Below are positions 40,515 to 53,135 of a DNA stretch of 64,000 nucleotides, piece by piece. A program made the position numbers and the translations under genes. The stretch covers positions 43,588,001 through 43,652,000 of the forward strand of contig NC_058368.1 in the NCBI RefSeq assembly GCF_018350175.1, written 5' to 3'. Source of the stretch: Felis catus. Its lineage: Eukaryota. How positions within the stretch are numbered: position 1 is the first letter of the stretch; the number at the start of each line of letters is the position of its first letter. The notes under the pieces were generated by a model. That model worked only from the letters and a program-made list of their open reading frames with translations, was not told the origin of the DNA and searched no databases.

Positions 40515-40687
40515 AAATAAGGAACAGACAAATCTGTATGTGATTAACACCAAGGCCTTCATACATGGCAATAAAAGTACATTTCATAATTTTGAGTGTT
40601 TTCCAAAAGGATGCTGAGATTTAAAAATATATGACATCAACATCATCATTACTGATATAATTTACATTTATTGTACACTTTTTAAAA

Positions 40688-40812
40688 TTGTTCGTATATC
40701 CTAGTTTTCTCAGGATGGTCCCAGTTTACACCTGTTTTTCAAGCAGAATTTTTAAGAGCACCACACTCAATATTAAATTATTTTACTTTGGTTGATAAAT
40801 TAAGTGACCACA
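40688..40812. mobile_element. MER94-like hAT-Blackjack element
   Basis: GGATGGTCCCAGTTTACACCTGTT...GATAAATTAAGTGACCAC resembles recalled MER94. Confidence 0.55.
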
Positions 40813-41352
40813 TTTCTGATTATGAAATAAGCATTTTATTATATTTTGAATGCATTTAGCCATCAATTCCTAAAATGGTCACTTTCCACATGAAGAAATG
40901 AAAGTAGTTTATTAACTAATATAAGTTTGTCCAATCAGTAAATTATAGAAATTTACCTTGGAATAAACCCAGGTACCTGGACCCTCCTACCAATGCACAC
41001 AAGATAATTTAGCTGTTCTCAACAGAGTGAATTTGAATGTTTTAATTCAGTGTAATTAATTGCATGTAATTTATATTAGGTGACATGTTCCCCTCCATGG
41101 ATGGACAAATATAAAATCTATGATAAAATATGTGGAAGGTACTGGGACAAAGTGAACCTTGAGATAATCAGTTGTGTTTTAGCAAGGGAAGGTATGTGCA
41201 ATACACTAGGGAGGGAAAAGCACCCCATGTGGAAGTAGAGAAATTAGCATATTTGCAAAAGTTTAAAAGTAAATGATCTCTTTGGTTGGAAAAATTCAAA
41301 TTAAATTTAATATAGAATTAGGAGTTCTTTTCAATACGCTCCCATTCTTTTT

Positions 41353-41693
41353 ATTTTTTTTATTTTTTTTGTGTGTTTTTTTATATGAAATTTATTGACA
41401 AATTGGTTTCCATACAACACCCAGTGCTCATCCCAAAATGTGCCCTCCTCACTACCCATCACCCACCCTCTCCTCCCTCCCACCCCCCATCAACCCTCAG
41501 TTTGTTCTCAGTTTTTAAGAGTCTCTTATGCTTTGTCTCTCTCCCACTCTAACCTGTTTTTTTTTTTTTTCCTTCCCCTCCCCAATCCCAGACTTTAGCC
41601 TCTACTACAAAGCTGTCATCATCAAGACAGCATGGTATTGGCACAAAAACAGACATATAGACCAATGGAATAGAATAGAAACCCCAGAACTAG
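41353..41693 (-). mobile_element. 5'-inverted felid L1 insertion with large internal deletion
   Basis: Tail and 3' UTR on minus to 41583; 110-bp ORF2 piece on plus at 41584-41693; 15-bp TSD GCTCCCATTCTTTTT at 41338-41352 and 41694-41708. Confidence 0.93.
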
Positions 41694-42236
41694 GCTCCCA
41701 TTCTTTTTAAACATGTAAAATGTGCAACTTAATCATTCCAGCAACTTCTAATCTGGCATACTCAGAATTTCCGTATTGTAAGAATAATGTCTGTGTCATA
41801 CTTTAAATCCTATCATTTTCTGATATTCTTGAACTGCTTAAATATTAGTTATATACTATGATATTTTATAGGTTTTTCAGTAGTATTTAAAACAGGTTTA
41901 CACATTATAAAAAATGGATATTTTCCAGTTGGACAAAGGAGGGAAAAGTAAAAATATTGAAAAAAGAGGAAGAAAAGTTATCATTATTTGATATGATATG
42001 GGACACCTATGACAATCAGTTTATATTAGAAATATATAGATTTATTCAGCCAACAGCTATCTTGAGAGCATCTGTGTGAGGTGTTGGAAATTGGTCCCTT
42101 TCCTCAAAGATTTTACTTCTTAGCAGATTTCAAATTCTATTATATCTCTCCTGATTTATCTTCAATTCTAGTTCTATATCTTAAGCAACAATGATTTTAT
42201 ATAAGTACCAGAGCCTCAGTATATTGTAAAAAGGGC

Positions 42237-42420
42237 ACATGTATGTGTGTGTATGAATTTATATGCAAACGCATGCATGTATGTGTGTACATGTGTGTAT
42301 ATATACACAAATGTATAAATAGATGATGGATAGATAGATAGATAGATAGATAGATATAGGCAGGCATATATGCCTAGATTTGTGTACACAAAAATGCACA
42401 CACACACACACACACACACA
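42237..42420. repeat. Compound (TG/TA)n-(GATA)n-(CA)n microsatellites
   Basis: Seen directly. Confidence 0.9.
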
Positions 42421-43138
42421 TTCAGAAACATTTATTTGGACTGGTGAAACTGTGAAACTATGTCTTACCATTTTCTGAAATCTTGCTACTTTATTGAAGC
42501 AGCTTTGAGTTTTAGTCTTCTTTATATTTGTTACATAAAGGAATAAAAATTTGGGTGTTATGGAGTCCAAAATTTTTGTTATATAAACTGATATGTTTAT
42601 CCATCAAATTTTACAGTTGAAATTGATTTTTGAAAATAGAAAATGTCCCCCAAATTTGATCAAGATGCACCATTCTTTGAGTTACACACACACACACACA
42701 CACACACAAAATCTTAGCTACCTTGATAATATAATCTTTTCATTGTTTAAAAAAGGAAGTTGCTATTATCTGTGTTAACATGTTGTGATTACTATTAATT
42801 TCCATTACCTTTTTTATTATAATTGTTATAGTTCTTCATTATTTCATCGCATTAGTCCTTCTTGGATGTCAGTATATTCAATATAATTGTGAACTTTTCA
42901 AGCTCGACCTTCTTGATTTATTTCTGGAGGCTATGAAGAGGGCTATCTTACCACCTGCATCCTTCTAAAATGTAAAATAGTTGAAAGTAAACTGATGGAA
43001 AAAGTTAACCTTTTGATTTGGAAAGGTCTGCTGCATTTATGTCACAGAGCTCTTCAGTATATTTTTGTCTGTTTACTAAGGACATATCTAAATACCCGAA
43101 TTTAGATAATTTCAAGACAGGAATCAAGAATACTCTAT

Positions 43139-43380
43139 GGGGCGCCTGAGTGGCTCAGTTGGCTGAGTGTTCAACTTTGTCTCATGTCATGATCTCCCAG
43201 TCTGTGGGTGCAAGCCCCATGTCAGGCTCTGTGCTGACAGCTTGGAGCCTGGAGCCTGATTTGGAATCTGTGTCTCCCTCCCTCTCTATGCCCCTCCTCT
43301 GTTCATGCTCTGGCTCTCTGTCTCAAAAATAAATAAACATTTTTAAAAAATTATATAAAAATTATATAAATTATATAAAA
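43139..43380 (+). mobile_element. Can-SINE
   Basis: SINEC body; tail contains ATTATATAAA three times; degenerate TSD AATA(CA)CTCTA. Confidence 0.93.
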
Positions 43381-43635
43381 ATACACTCTAAAAACTGGTC
43401 TAACATTAGTTGTTTCAGTTGTTTCCAATAATTAATAAACCAATTATTAATAAATTAGGCCCATCACTTCTGTTAAAAACCTATCAGAAATCAGTATCTG
43501 TTTTTAGTTTGTTATATTCAAATTATTTTTTCAATATCAAGACAATCATTAAATAATAAATATAGTATTTTATTAACATGAAATACTGAAAATAAGTTTT
43601 CTTTTAGAACATATCATTTAATAAAATAAATTTTT

Positions 43636-46596
43636 ATGAAACCAAGAGTTAGTTTTTTGAAAAAATAAACAAATTGATAAACCTCTAGCCAGGCTTCTCA
43701 AAAAGAAAAGGGAGATCACCCAAATAGATAAAATCATGAAGGAAAATGGAATTGTTACAACTAATCCCTCAAAAATACAAGCAATTACCAAGGAATACTA
43801 TGAAATATTATATGCTACAAGCTGGACAACCTGGAAGAAATGGACAAATTCCTAAACACCCATACACTTCGAAAACTCAAACAGGAAGAAATAGAAAACT
43901 TGAACAGACCCATAACCAGTGAAGAAATTGAATCAGTTATCAAAAATCTCCCAACAAATAAGAGTCCAGGACCAGATGGCTTCCCAGGGAAATTCTACCA
44001 GACATTTGAAGCTGAGATAATACCTATCCTTCTCAAGCTATTCCAAAAAATAGAAGGGAAACTTCCAGACTCATTCTATGAAGCCAGTATTACTTTGATT
44101 CCTAAACCAGACAGAGACCCAGCAAAAAAAGAGAACTACAGGCCAATATCCCTGATGAATATGGGTGCAAAAATTCTCAATAAGACTAGCAAATTGAATT
44201 CCACAGCATATAAAAAGAATTATTCACCATGATCAATTGGGATTCATTTCTGGGCTGCAGGGCTGGTTCAACATTCACAAATCAATCAGTGTGATACATT
44301 ACATTAATAAAAGAAAAGATAAGAACCATATGATCCTGTCTATCGATGCAGAAAAAGCATTTGAGAAAATTCACCATCCTTTCTTAATAAAACCCCTTGA
44401 GAAATTTGGGATAGAAGGAACATACTTAAACATCATAAAAGCCATTTATGAAAAGCCCACAGCTAATATCATCTTCAATGGGGAAAAACTGAGAGCTTTC
44501 CTTCTGAAATCAGGAACACTACAGGGATGGTCACTCTCACCACTGTTGTTCAACATAGTGTTGGAAGTGCTAGCATCAGCAATCAGAAAACAAAAGGAAA
44601 TCAAAGGCATCAAAATGGGCAAAGATGAAGTTAAGCTTTCACTTTTTGCAGATGACATGATATTATACATGGAAAACCCGATAGACTCCACCAAAAGTCT
44701 GCTAGAACTGATACATGAATTCAGCACAGTTGCAGGATACAAAATCAATGTACATAAGTCAGTTGCATTCTTATACACTCATAATGAAGCAACAGAAAGA
44801 CAAATAAAGAAACTGATCCCATTCACAATTGCACCAAGAAGCATAAAATACCTAAGAATAAACCTAACCAAAGATGTACAAGAACTGTATGCTGAAAACT
44901 ATAGAAAACTTATGAAGGAAATTGAAGAAGATATAAAGAAGTGGAAAAACATTCTGTGCTCATGGGTTAGAAGAATAAATATTGTTAAATGTCAATACTA
45001 CCCAAAGCTATCTACACATTCAATGCAATCCCAATCAAAATTGCACCAGCATTCTTTTCGAAACTAGAACAAGCAATCCTAAAATTTGTATGGAACCACA
45101 AAAGACCCCAAATAGCCAAAGTAATTTTGAAGAAGACCAAAGCAGGAGGCATCATAATCCCAGACTTTAGCCTCTACTACAAAGCTGTCATCATCAAGAC
45201 AGCATGATATTGGCACAAAAACAGACGCATAGACCAATGGAATAGAATAGAAACCGCAGAATTAGACTCACAAAAGTATGGCCAACTCATCTTTGACAAA
45301 GCAGGAAAGAATATCCAATGGAAAAAAGACAGTCTCTTTAACAAATGGTGCTGGGAGAACTGGACAGCAACATGCAGAAGGATGAAACTAGACCACTGTC
45401 TTACACCATTCACAAAAATAAACTCAAAATGGATAAAGGACCTGAATGTGAGACAGGAAACCATCGAAACCCTAGAGGAGAAAGCAGGAGAAAACCTCCT
45501 GACCTCAGCTGCAGCAATTTCTTACTTGACACATCCCCAAAGGCAAGGGAATTAAAAGCAAAAATTAACTACTGGGACCTCATGAAAATAAAAAGCTTCT
45601 GCACAGCAAAGGAAACAACCAACAAAACTAAAAGGCAACCAAAGGAATGGGAAAAGATATTTACAAATGACATATCGGACAAAGGGCTAGTATCCAAAAT
45701 CTATAAAGAGCTCACCAAACTCCACACCCGAAAAACAAACAATCCAGTGAAGAGATGGGCAGAAAACGTGAATAGACACATCTCTAAAGAAGACACCCAG
45801 ATGGCCAACAGGCACATGAAAAGATGCTCAACGTCACTCCTCATCAGGGAAATACAAATCAAAACCACACTCAGATATCACCTCACGCCAGTCAGAGTGG
45901 CTAAAATGAACAAATCAGGAGACTAAAGATGCTGGCGAGGATGTGGAGAAAAGGGAACCCTCTTGCACTGTTGGTGTGAATGCAAACTGGTGCAGCCACT
46001 CTGGAAAACAGTGTGGAGGTTCCTCAAAAAATTAAAAATAGACCTACCCTATGACCCAGCAATAACACTGCTAGGAATTTACCCAAGGAATACAGGAGTG
46101 CTGATGCATAGGGGCACTTGTACCCCAATGTTTATAGCAGCACTCTCAACAATAGCCAAATTATGGAAGAAGCCTAAATGTCCATCAACTGATGAATGGA
46201 TAAAGAAATTGTGGTTTATATTCACAATGGAATGCTATGTGACAATGAGAAAGAGTGAAATATGGCCTTTTGTAGGAACGTGGATGGAACTGGAGATTGT
46301 TATGCTAAGTGAAATAAGTCATACAGAGAAAGACAGATACCATATGTTTTCACTCTTATGTGGATCCTGAGAAACTTAACAGAAGACCATGGGGGAGAGG
46401 AAGGAAAAGAAAAAAGAGGTTAGAGAGGGAGGGTGCTAAAACATAAGAGACTCTTAAAAACTGAGAACAAATTGAGGGTTGATGAGAGGGAGGAGAGGGT
46501 GGGTGATGGGTACTGAGGAGTGCACTTGTTGGAATGAGCACTGGGTGTTGTATGGAAATCAATTTGACAATAAATTTCATATTTAAAAAAATAAAA
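43636..46596 (+). mobile_element. 5'-truncated felid LINE-1 (about 3 kb of ORF2 plus 3' UTR), disrupted
   Basis: [11 protein letters not shown] motif; 17-bp TSD TAATAAAATAAATTTTT at 43619-43635 and 46597-46613. Confidence 0.97.
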
Positions 46597-46965
46597 TAAT
46601 AAAATAAATTTTTTAGAAAATCTAAGTGCTATTTCAAATATATAATGAAATGGCATAATTATATTCGATAAACTTTTTTGGTCACCCCAAGTCATATTAG
46701 TGTAAAATATTTAATCTTAGTAAGTAGTCAGTTAATAAATTTTTAAATTTTATGTTTATTGAGTATATTCTTTATACACTGGCATTCTAAAAATGATTTT
46801 ATGGGGACTTTCTTCTTCATGTACAATATGTAGTAAAAAATCACTTTTATGCTTCATTTTTCTCTTGAGTGCCCTTCTCCTACCCTTTCTCTTCTCAACT
46901 CATCTATCTCATTTCATCTTTTTTTCCAAAGTTTTTATTTAAATTTTTTCAAGGTTTTATTTAAT

Positions 46966-47008
46966 CATCTCATCTCATCTCATCTCATCTCATCTCATCT
47001 CATCTCAT
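46966..47008. repeat. (CATCT)n pentanucleotide repeat
   Basis: Seen directly, about 8 units. Confidence 0.95.
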
Positions 47009-48093
47009 GCCAATCCCTTTTTTCATCTACACTTTATGTGCTCAGCCTTTTATTGAAAAATCCAACATCACTTGTCAAAATTAAAAAGAATCATAGAGAT
47101 TATCCAATATAAATCCTTAAAGTATGGATAATAATACCTCTTATAGGATTTTCTAACCAATGGAATATGGGCTGAAATAATGTACAACGTCCCTCAGTGA
47201 TCCTCATTCTTTTTTCCAAGATGATCTTAGTAGGCCCTTGTTAACAATGATGGTGTTACACATTGGAAAAATCCAATTGATAGGAGGGATCAGAGTCCTC
47301 TGCTAACAATGTGAAACAGGGACGTGAGAGCCCAGTTAGATTAAAAGACTAAACTGCTATTGAGAATTTATGTGCTATAGTTTGTTTACCCTAGACTGCT
47401 TTAGGAAAATGATTTCTTGTAGCCCTCTTAAGAGATGACTCCTCCTCGATGGCTTTCATAAAATTGAGTGTAGACATGGAGTAAGTTTCTTCTCTACTAT
47501 TTGTAGAACTTCCTCCCCCACACACTTAAAAACTAGACGTTTACATTTAGTGCCACATATTCAACAAATATTTATCAGACACTTTCACAGACCCTCTTTG
47601 AATGCAGACATCTTTATCTTCCAAGTTACTCTTGTATGCATGCCAGCAACATTTTAAGACTTGTCTCCATTTCATTCTAATGCTAATGTCATAATTTTAT
47701 GAAATTTAGCTATCCATATAATTGATTTAATCTGATTTTGCATTATCTTTAAGTTGTTTTCTTCCAGTGGTAAAATGATTTTTGCCACTTTATCTCAATC
47801 ACTTACTACCATATAATGGTTTATTGACCTCACTCGTAATATTCCCCACGTGTCCCGGAAAAGTCAACATTTATAAAATGCTCTACACAACTCTACATAT
47901 TCTGCCTTACTTTACATATTTTATGACACTTACTCAACTTGCTACAACCCAATTGCCTCTGAGTTTTTCTTCAAAGAGACCAGACAAGCTTTGATAGCTA
48001 CATGACTAAATATTTCACTTGATATTTGGGCTCAAATGCCACCTCTTTACTGAGTTCTACTTTGACAGCTCTAATTAAAATTGTAACCTCAAA

Positions 48094-49136
48094 CTATGTG
48101 TCTGTTTTTGTGCCTATACCATACTGTTTTGATCACTACAGTTGTGTAGTATACCTTGAAATCTGGAATTGTGATAGCTCCAACTTTGTTCTTTTTTTGT
48201 CAAGATTTCTTTGGCCATTTAGGGTCTTTTGTGGCTCCATACATTTTTTTTCTTGTTTTTATATTTATTTTGAGAGAGACAGAGATAGGAAGAGAGAGAG
48301 CACGCACAAACTGGAGAGGAGCAGAAAGAAAGGGAGAGGAACAATCCCAAGCAGGCTTCACGCTGTCTGCACAGAGCCTAATGTGGGGCTTGATCCCACA
48401 AACCATGAGATCATGACCTGAGCCAAAATCAAGAGTTCAATGCTTAACCACCTGAGCCGACAAGGCTCACTAATTCCATACAAATTTTAGTATTATTTTT
48501 TCTTACCATGAAAAATGCTGTTGGCATTTTGATAGGGATTGCACTGAATCTGCACATTGCTTTGGGTAGTACGGTCATTTTAACAGTAAAGATCAATGGA
48601 ACAGGGGAATAGAGAGCTCAGAAATAAACCCACAATTATATGGTCAATTAATCAATGACAAAGAGTCAAAAGTATACCATGTGGAAAAGACAATCTCTTG
48701 AATAAATGATGCTGGAAAAACTGGACAGCTGCATGCAAAAGAATGAAACTGTACCACCTTCTTATACCATACACAAAAATAAACCCCAAATGGATTAAAG
48801 ATCCAAATGTGAGTCCTGAAATCGTAAAACTCCTTGAAGAGAACTTAAGGCAGTAATTTCTTTGGCATTGGCTGTAGTACCTTTTTTTTTTTTTAATATA
48901 TCTCCTGAGGTAAGGAAAACAAAAGCAAAAATAGACTATTGGAACTACTTCAAAATAAAAAGCTTCTGCACAGCAAAGGAAACAATCAACAAAACAAAAA
49001 GGCAGCCTACCGAATGGGAGGAGACATTTCCAAATGATATATCTGATAAGTGGTTAATATCCAAAATATATGAAGAACTTGTACAACTCAACACCTAAAA
49101 AACAAATAATTTAATTTAAAATGGGCAGAGGACCTG
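48094..49136 (+). mobile_element. 5'-inverted and 3'-truncated L1 ORF2 insertion
   Basis: Minus segment 48094-48588, then plus segment 48590-49136 continuing from the inversion point; TSD AAAATTGTAACCTCAA/AAAATTGTACCATCAA (14 of 16). Confidence 0.85.
48244..48472 (-). mobile_element. Can-SINE nested in L1
   Basis: Reverse SINEC; TSD TCCATACA at 48236-48243 and 48475-48482. Confidence 0.92.
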
Positions 49137-49199
49137 AAAATTGTACCATCAACAATAAGAAATGCTCCTAATCTTCCTTATCCTTCATATATTTTTAAA

Positions 49200-49390
49200 T
49201 CTTTTCTGTAGCATATATCAGCAACTATTCTACTATATAATGTTCTTTTTATTATGCTCATTTTTTTTCTCCTCCTGTAAATTGTAAACTCCTTTAGGAC
49301 AGGGAACCTGACTTCTTTTACTTTCTGATATATCTTAAGTACTTTTAACAAAAGACACTCAATAAATGTTTTCTAAATGAATGTTGAATT
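49200..49390 (+). mobile_element. L2 3' end
   Basis: TGTAAACTCCTTTAGGACAGGGA...CACTCAATAAATGTTTTCTAAATGAATG. Confidence 0.65.
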
Positions 49391-49479
49391 TATGTATGTG
49401 TATAGTTATGTATGTCATTCTAATACTTTTATAGTATTTTAAATTAAAACAGCAATAAATCTGAACTGAAACACTCATA

Positions 49480-49640
49480 TTAATTCCAGGTTCTTTATTA
49501 ACTGGTTCTGTGATGCTAGCCTACTTAACCTCTTAGTTGCCTCACTTACAATTTTAATATAATTATATTTTATCAATCTACTCAGAATTATGAAAATAAA
49601 ATGAGTTAGTGCATATGAAAGTGGTTCATAAACTCTATAT
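49480..49640 (+). mobile_element. MIR remnant
   Basis: TACTTAACCTCT and TAAAATGAGTTAGTGCATATGAAAGTG. Confidence 0.5.
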
Positions 49641-49663
49641 CAGCAAATATTTTAATTAGATAT

Positions 49664-50051
49664 AGTTAAAGGATAAATTGAGGCATAGTAAAAATTTTGA
49701 GTTTATTTGAGCAAAAATTGATTTGAATTGATCAGCCTCCAACCTAGCAAATAGAAAGGAGTTCCAAAGAGCTGTACAAAATGAAAACACTTTTACAAAA
49801 GGAGTGGGAGAAGGCAGTGAGAACAAAGTTCTAGTAGGCAAAAATGTGAGTTGGTTATTGTCAGGCTACTTTCCTCTAGGGCATGACAGATAACCTGTGA
49901 GGCAGATTACCTAACTAGTGCTGTTCAGGTGACTCTTGATTGACTGGTTTAGGGTTCCACTACTGGGAGAGCTGAAACTGTAACATCAGTTTGCTGACTT
50001 GGGACTTAGCATAATTGAGTCCATTTTGGGCCTGGTGTCTAGTTTTTAACA
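49664..50051 (-). mobile_element. ERV1-class solo LTR
   Basis: Minus strand starts TGTTAAAAACTAGACACCAGGCCCAAAATGG, has AATAAA, ends TGCCTCAATTTATCCTTTAAC; 4-bp TSD ATAT at 49660-49663 and 50052-50055. Confidence 0.75.
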
Positions 50052-51455
50052 ATATAATCCCTTTACATTTTCATTATATTACATCTGTAAGATATAGAAA
50101 ATGGAAGGAAAAAAAATATTAAGGTAATGCATACTTCCTTTTAAAATAAAACAAAACAAAACCAGAACATGTTTACATTTGAGTTGTCTTGATAACAGAC
50201 TAAAAATCAGAATTTTAATCCTTTCTTCCTTAGAATTAGACAAGTTGTAGGGAAAATTATATTTTCTACATAAGTTCTATTAGCTAAACATTCCATAGGT
50301 AACTTGGGCTTCTCCATTTATAAGTAAAATCCATACTAAAGGTATGAGACCTAGTTGGCAATCCATATATAAAAATCATTCTCATTAATGTAAGTTTACA
50401 TATATGTTCATGGACAGATATTTATACATATATATTAACATAAGCACATGCATAAATTAACATAATGTATACATGTATGTCATTATTTTGCTGAAAATGA
50501 TAAATTTGGTAAAAATGTGAATATTTTTGGAGTTCCTGGGATAGACAATGAGATAACATAGGAGAGAGTTTTAAAATCATGGGGGCATGGGATAGTTCAA
50601 TACTAATGTACTTCATTTACCCTATGAATATTTCTCTTAAAAAATACACAATCCCAGAATAAAGTTTATAAGAGGTCAATATCCTTGAATGGGAAATCAA
50701 GGTCTGACAACCATAAAAGAATTGATATGTGTGAATTGACCACATATCAATGATTAGCCTTGAACTCAAGGCTAAACATAACGTGAATGTAAATTTCAGC
50801 AACAGAACCGGCAAGTGATAGATGAATGTGGAGTCAGAAAACAAAAGGAGTTTTCAAAACTGAAATACAAGAAGACAGGATGGGTCAGCATTAGCGATAT
50901 GTCACAGAATACTAGAGGAAACATAAATCTATTCGTAATTTCAAGCATGGTTTTGTTAGCCTGTCAGTGTGGGGCAGATACAAGCTTAACTTTAATGTCA
51001 TATTCCTTTAAGATGGATCCAAATGTGGTCTTTGATATGAAGAGAATGAAGCTGAAATGTAAAGAAACCTATTAGTGAATATATATGATTCAGGGCTATA
51101 AGAATAATAAGAATGTATTTTGTTTATTTTAACAGTGTGAGAGGTAACATGACCCATCCAACAACAGACCACGAAACAGAAGCAAAAACCAAAATATTTT
51201 TTGCCTTAGTTCAGTGTTTTTTTTCTATTGCACTGTGTTCCCATTATATATGAGATGCTGTCCTAGATCCTGTAATTTAGAAAGATGAAAAAAGGCATTC
51301 TGAATCTGAGAACATTCAGAATTGTCTTTTATCCATTTTTGCTGGTCATATCCAATAATGATAAAAGTGATAGTTAAATTGTGTTTCATTTCAGTCATTC
51401 ATTCACTCATCAATATTTATTTATTTATCGATCTATTTATTTTAGAAACAGACCT

Positions 51456-51481
51456 TTTTTTTTTAAATGTCTTATTTGTTC

Positions 51482-51521
<40 letters not shown>

Positions 51522-51683
51522 ATGAACGGCAGGATGGGCAGAGCAAGAGAGGGACACAAAATCCAAAGCAGGCTCCAAGCTTGGAGCTGTCAGCACAGAG
51601 GCTGACATGGGGCTCGAACTCACAAGCCAGGAGATCATGACTTGAGTTGAACACTCAACCGACTGAGCCACCCATACTCCCCC
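51456..51683 (-). mobile_element. Can-SINE
   Basis: Reverse SINEC with (GA)n. Confidence 0.93.
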
Positions 51684-52920
51684 ACTCACTGACATTTAAA
51701 CAACTACCGGGTTTAATAATCAGCTGACAAAATATGGCTATTTGTATAATTATAATTGCATAAGTTTCACTTACTCAGGAATATAGTATTACATACTCCA
51801 GTCAAAATTTCTTTGTTCATCATATTAACTTAGATCCATTTGGTTCTAGTAAGGCTATTAGGCAACTTAGAAGTCTGTTTTCTCGAGACCTGGCAATAAG
51901 ATGCATTTACAGTCCTAAAGAGACTTTTAATCTGGCTAAGCAAACTAAGTATATGTAAAAGTGTGTACATGGTTATATGATAGAATTTCTACTTAAAGTC
52001 AAGATGAGGAATGAAGACAGTGGTGTTATAAGAGTTTAGAAGAAAGGACAATTAAAGGGAGTGGGTAATCAAAGAAGAGTTTGTGGGGTGAGATAGTGGG
52101 AGTTATGCAGGGTATTAAAGGACTGATTTGATTTCTTAAAGTGATGCCTTTATTGAAGCAAATGACACACTTATTAATGACATAGGCTTCCATTATCTGA
52201 TTAAATACTTGACTTTACTGACCTGTTACTTTACCTTTGAGACTTCATTTCCTACCTGGCTAGCACAATTCTCCATGTGAAAAGGAAGGTCAATGCTAAT
52301 CAGAACACTTTCCACAAGGTTATAAAAAATGCTAGCTAATCCTGAAAAAATAAAACATGTTTTTCTCTTGCTTTTACTTATTTTCTTGAGGAAATTAGTG
52401 GTAGGTATTTTTTTTTAAAGCTGGATGCAGCAAGTAAAATGCATGAGTGCTTGTTTTATTTTAGGTTTGGATTAGATGAGAAAAACAGATAGGGCATTCA
52501 GAATGCCCTTCCTCACCTTGCAATGAATCTGACTCATAGGCAATTTATAGCAACACATACAATTTTAAAAGTTGCTGCAGTAATAGTCAGCAGCCAAACT
52601 ATTATAATTTAAACAGACTAAAATGCCCCCAGAGAACAGATTTTACAAGAAAGCTAAAATTTATTGAAAAACAATGTAAGATAGGTTTTTCATTCATTGT
52701 ATTTTCATTCCCGAGAAAATCAGTAGCAATAACACTTGTTGAGTTGGCATCCTGCTTGATGCTTTTGCTGTGCAAGTTAAACTTTCAGTATTGACAACCA
52801 AAGACAAGGTCAGAATTATACTGCCTTTTTTGTCCATCTCACTATGATATAATATATCTTTAAGAATGTTTCCAAATATTTCATTGTTTCACATCATTGA
52901 TGAAATAAAAAGTGTCCTTT

Positions 52921-53135
52921 CTTTTTAAAGGCTTTTTTTTAAAAAAAGATGTATTTATTTATTTTTGAGAGAGAGAGAGGTAAGGAGGGGCAGAGAAAGA
53001 GGGAGACAGAATCCAAAGCAGGCTTCAGGCCATCAACGCTGAGCCAATTCCAGGGGCTAGAATTCGTGAACCATGAGATCATGACCTGATGAAAATGAGT
53101 CAGACACTTAACTGACTGAGCCACCTAGGCACACC
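52921..53135 (-). mobile_element. Can-SINE
   Basis: TSD AAAAGTGTCCTT at 52908-52919 and 53136-53147. Confidence 0.94.

Noticed and set aside
33436..43635. Inversion of the spacer between the opposed L1s
   Set aside because: Each L1 retains its own matching TSD pair, which a single crossover would have swapped
28751..45464. Antisense ORFs over the L1s, such as 28751-29209, 29611-30033 and 44446-44778
   Set aside because: Shadow frames of L1 ORF2
51115..51152. Plus-strand microexon TTTTAACAG|TGTGAGAG|GTAACA
   Set aside because: 8 nt, not frame-preserving, weak donor, no other support
52491..52509. Inverted repeat AGGGCATTC-A-GAATGCCCT
   Set aside because: A 9-bp stem with no supporting context; plausible by chance in 64 kb
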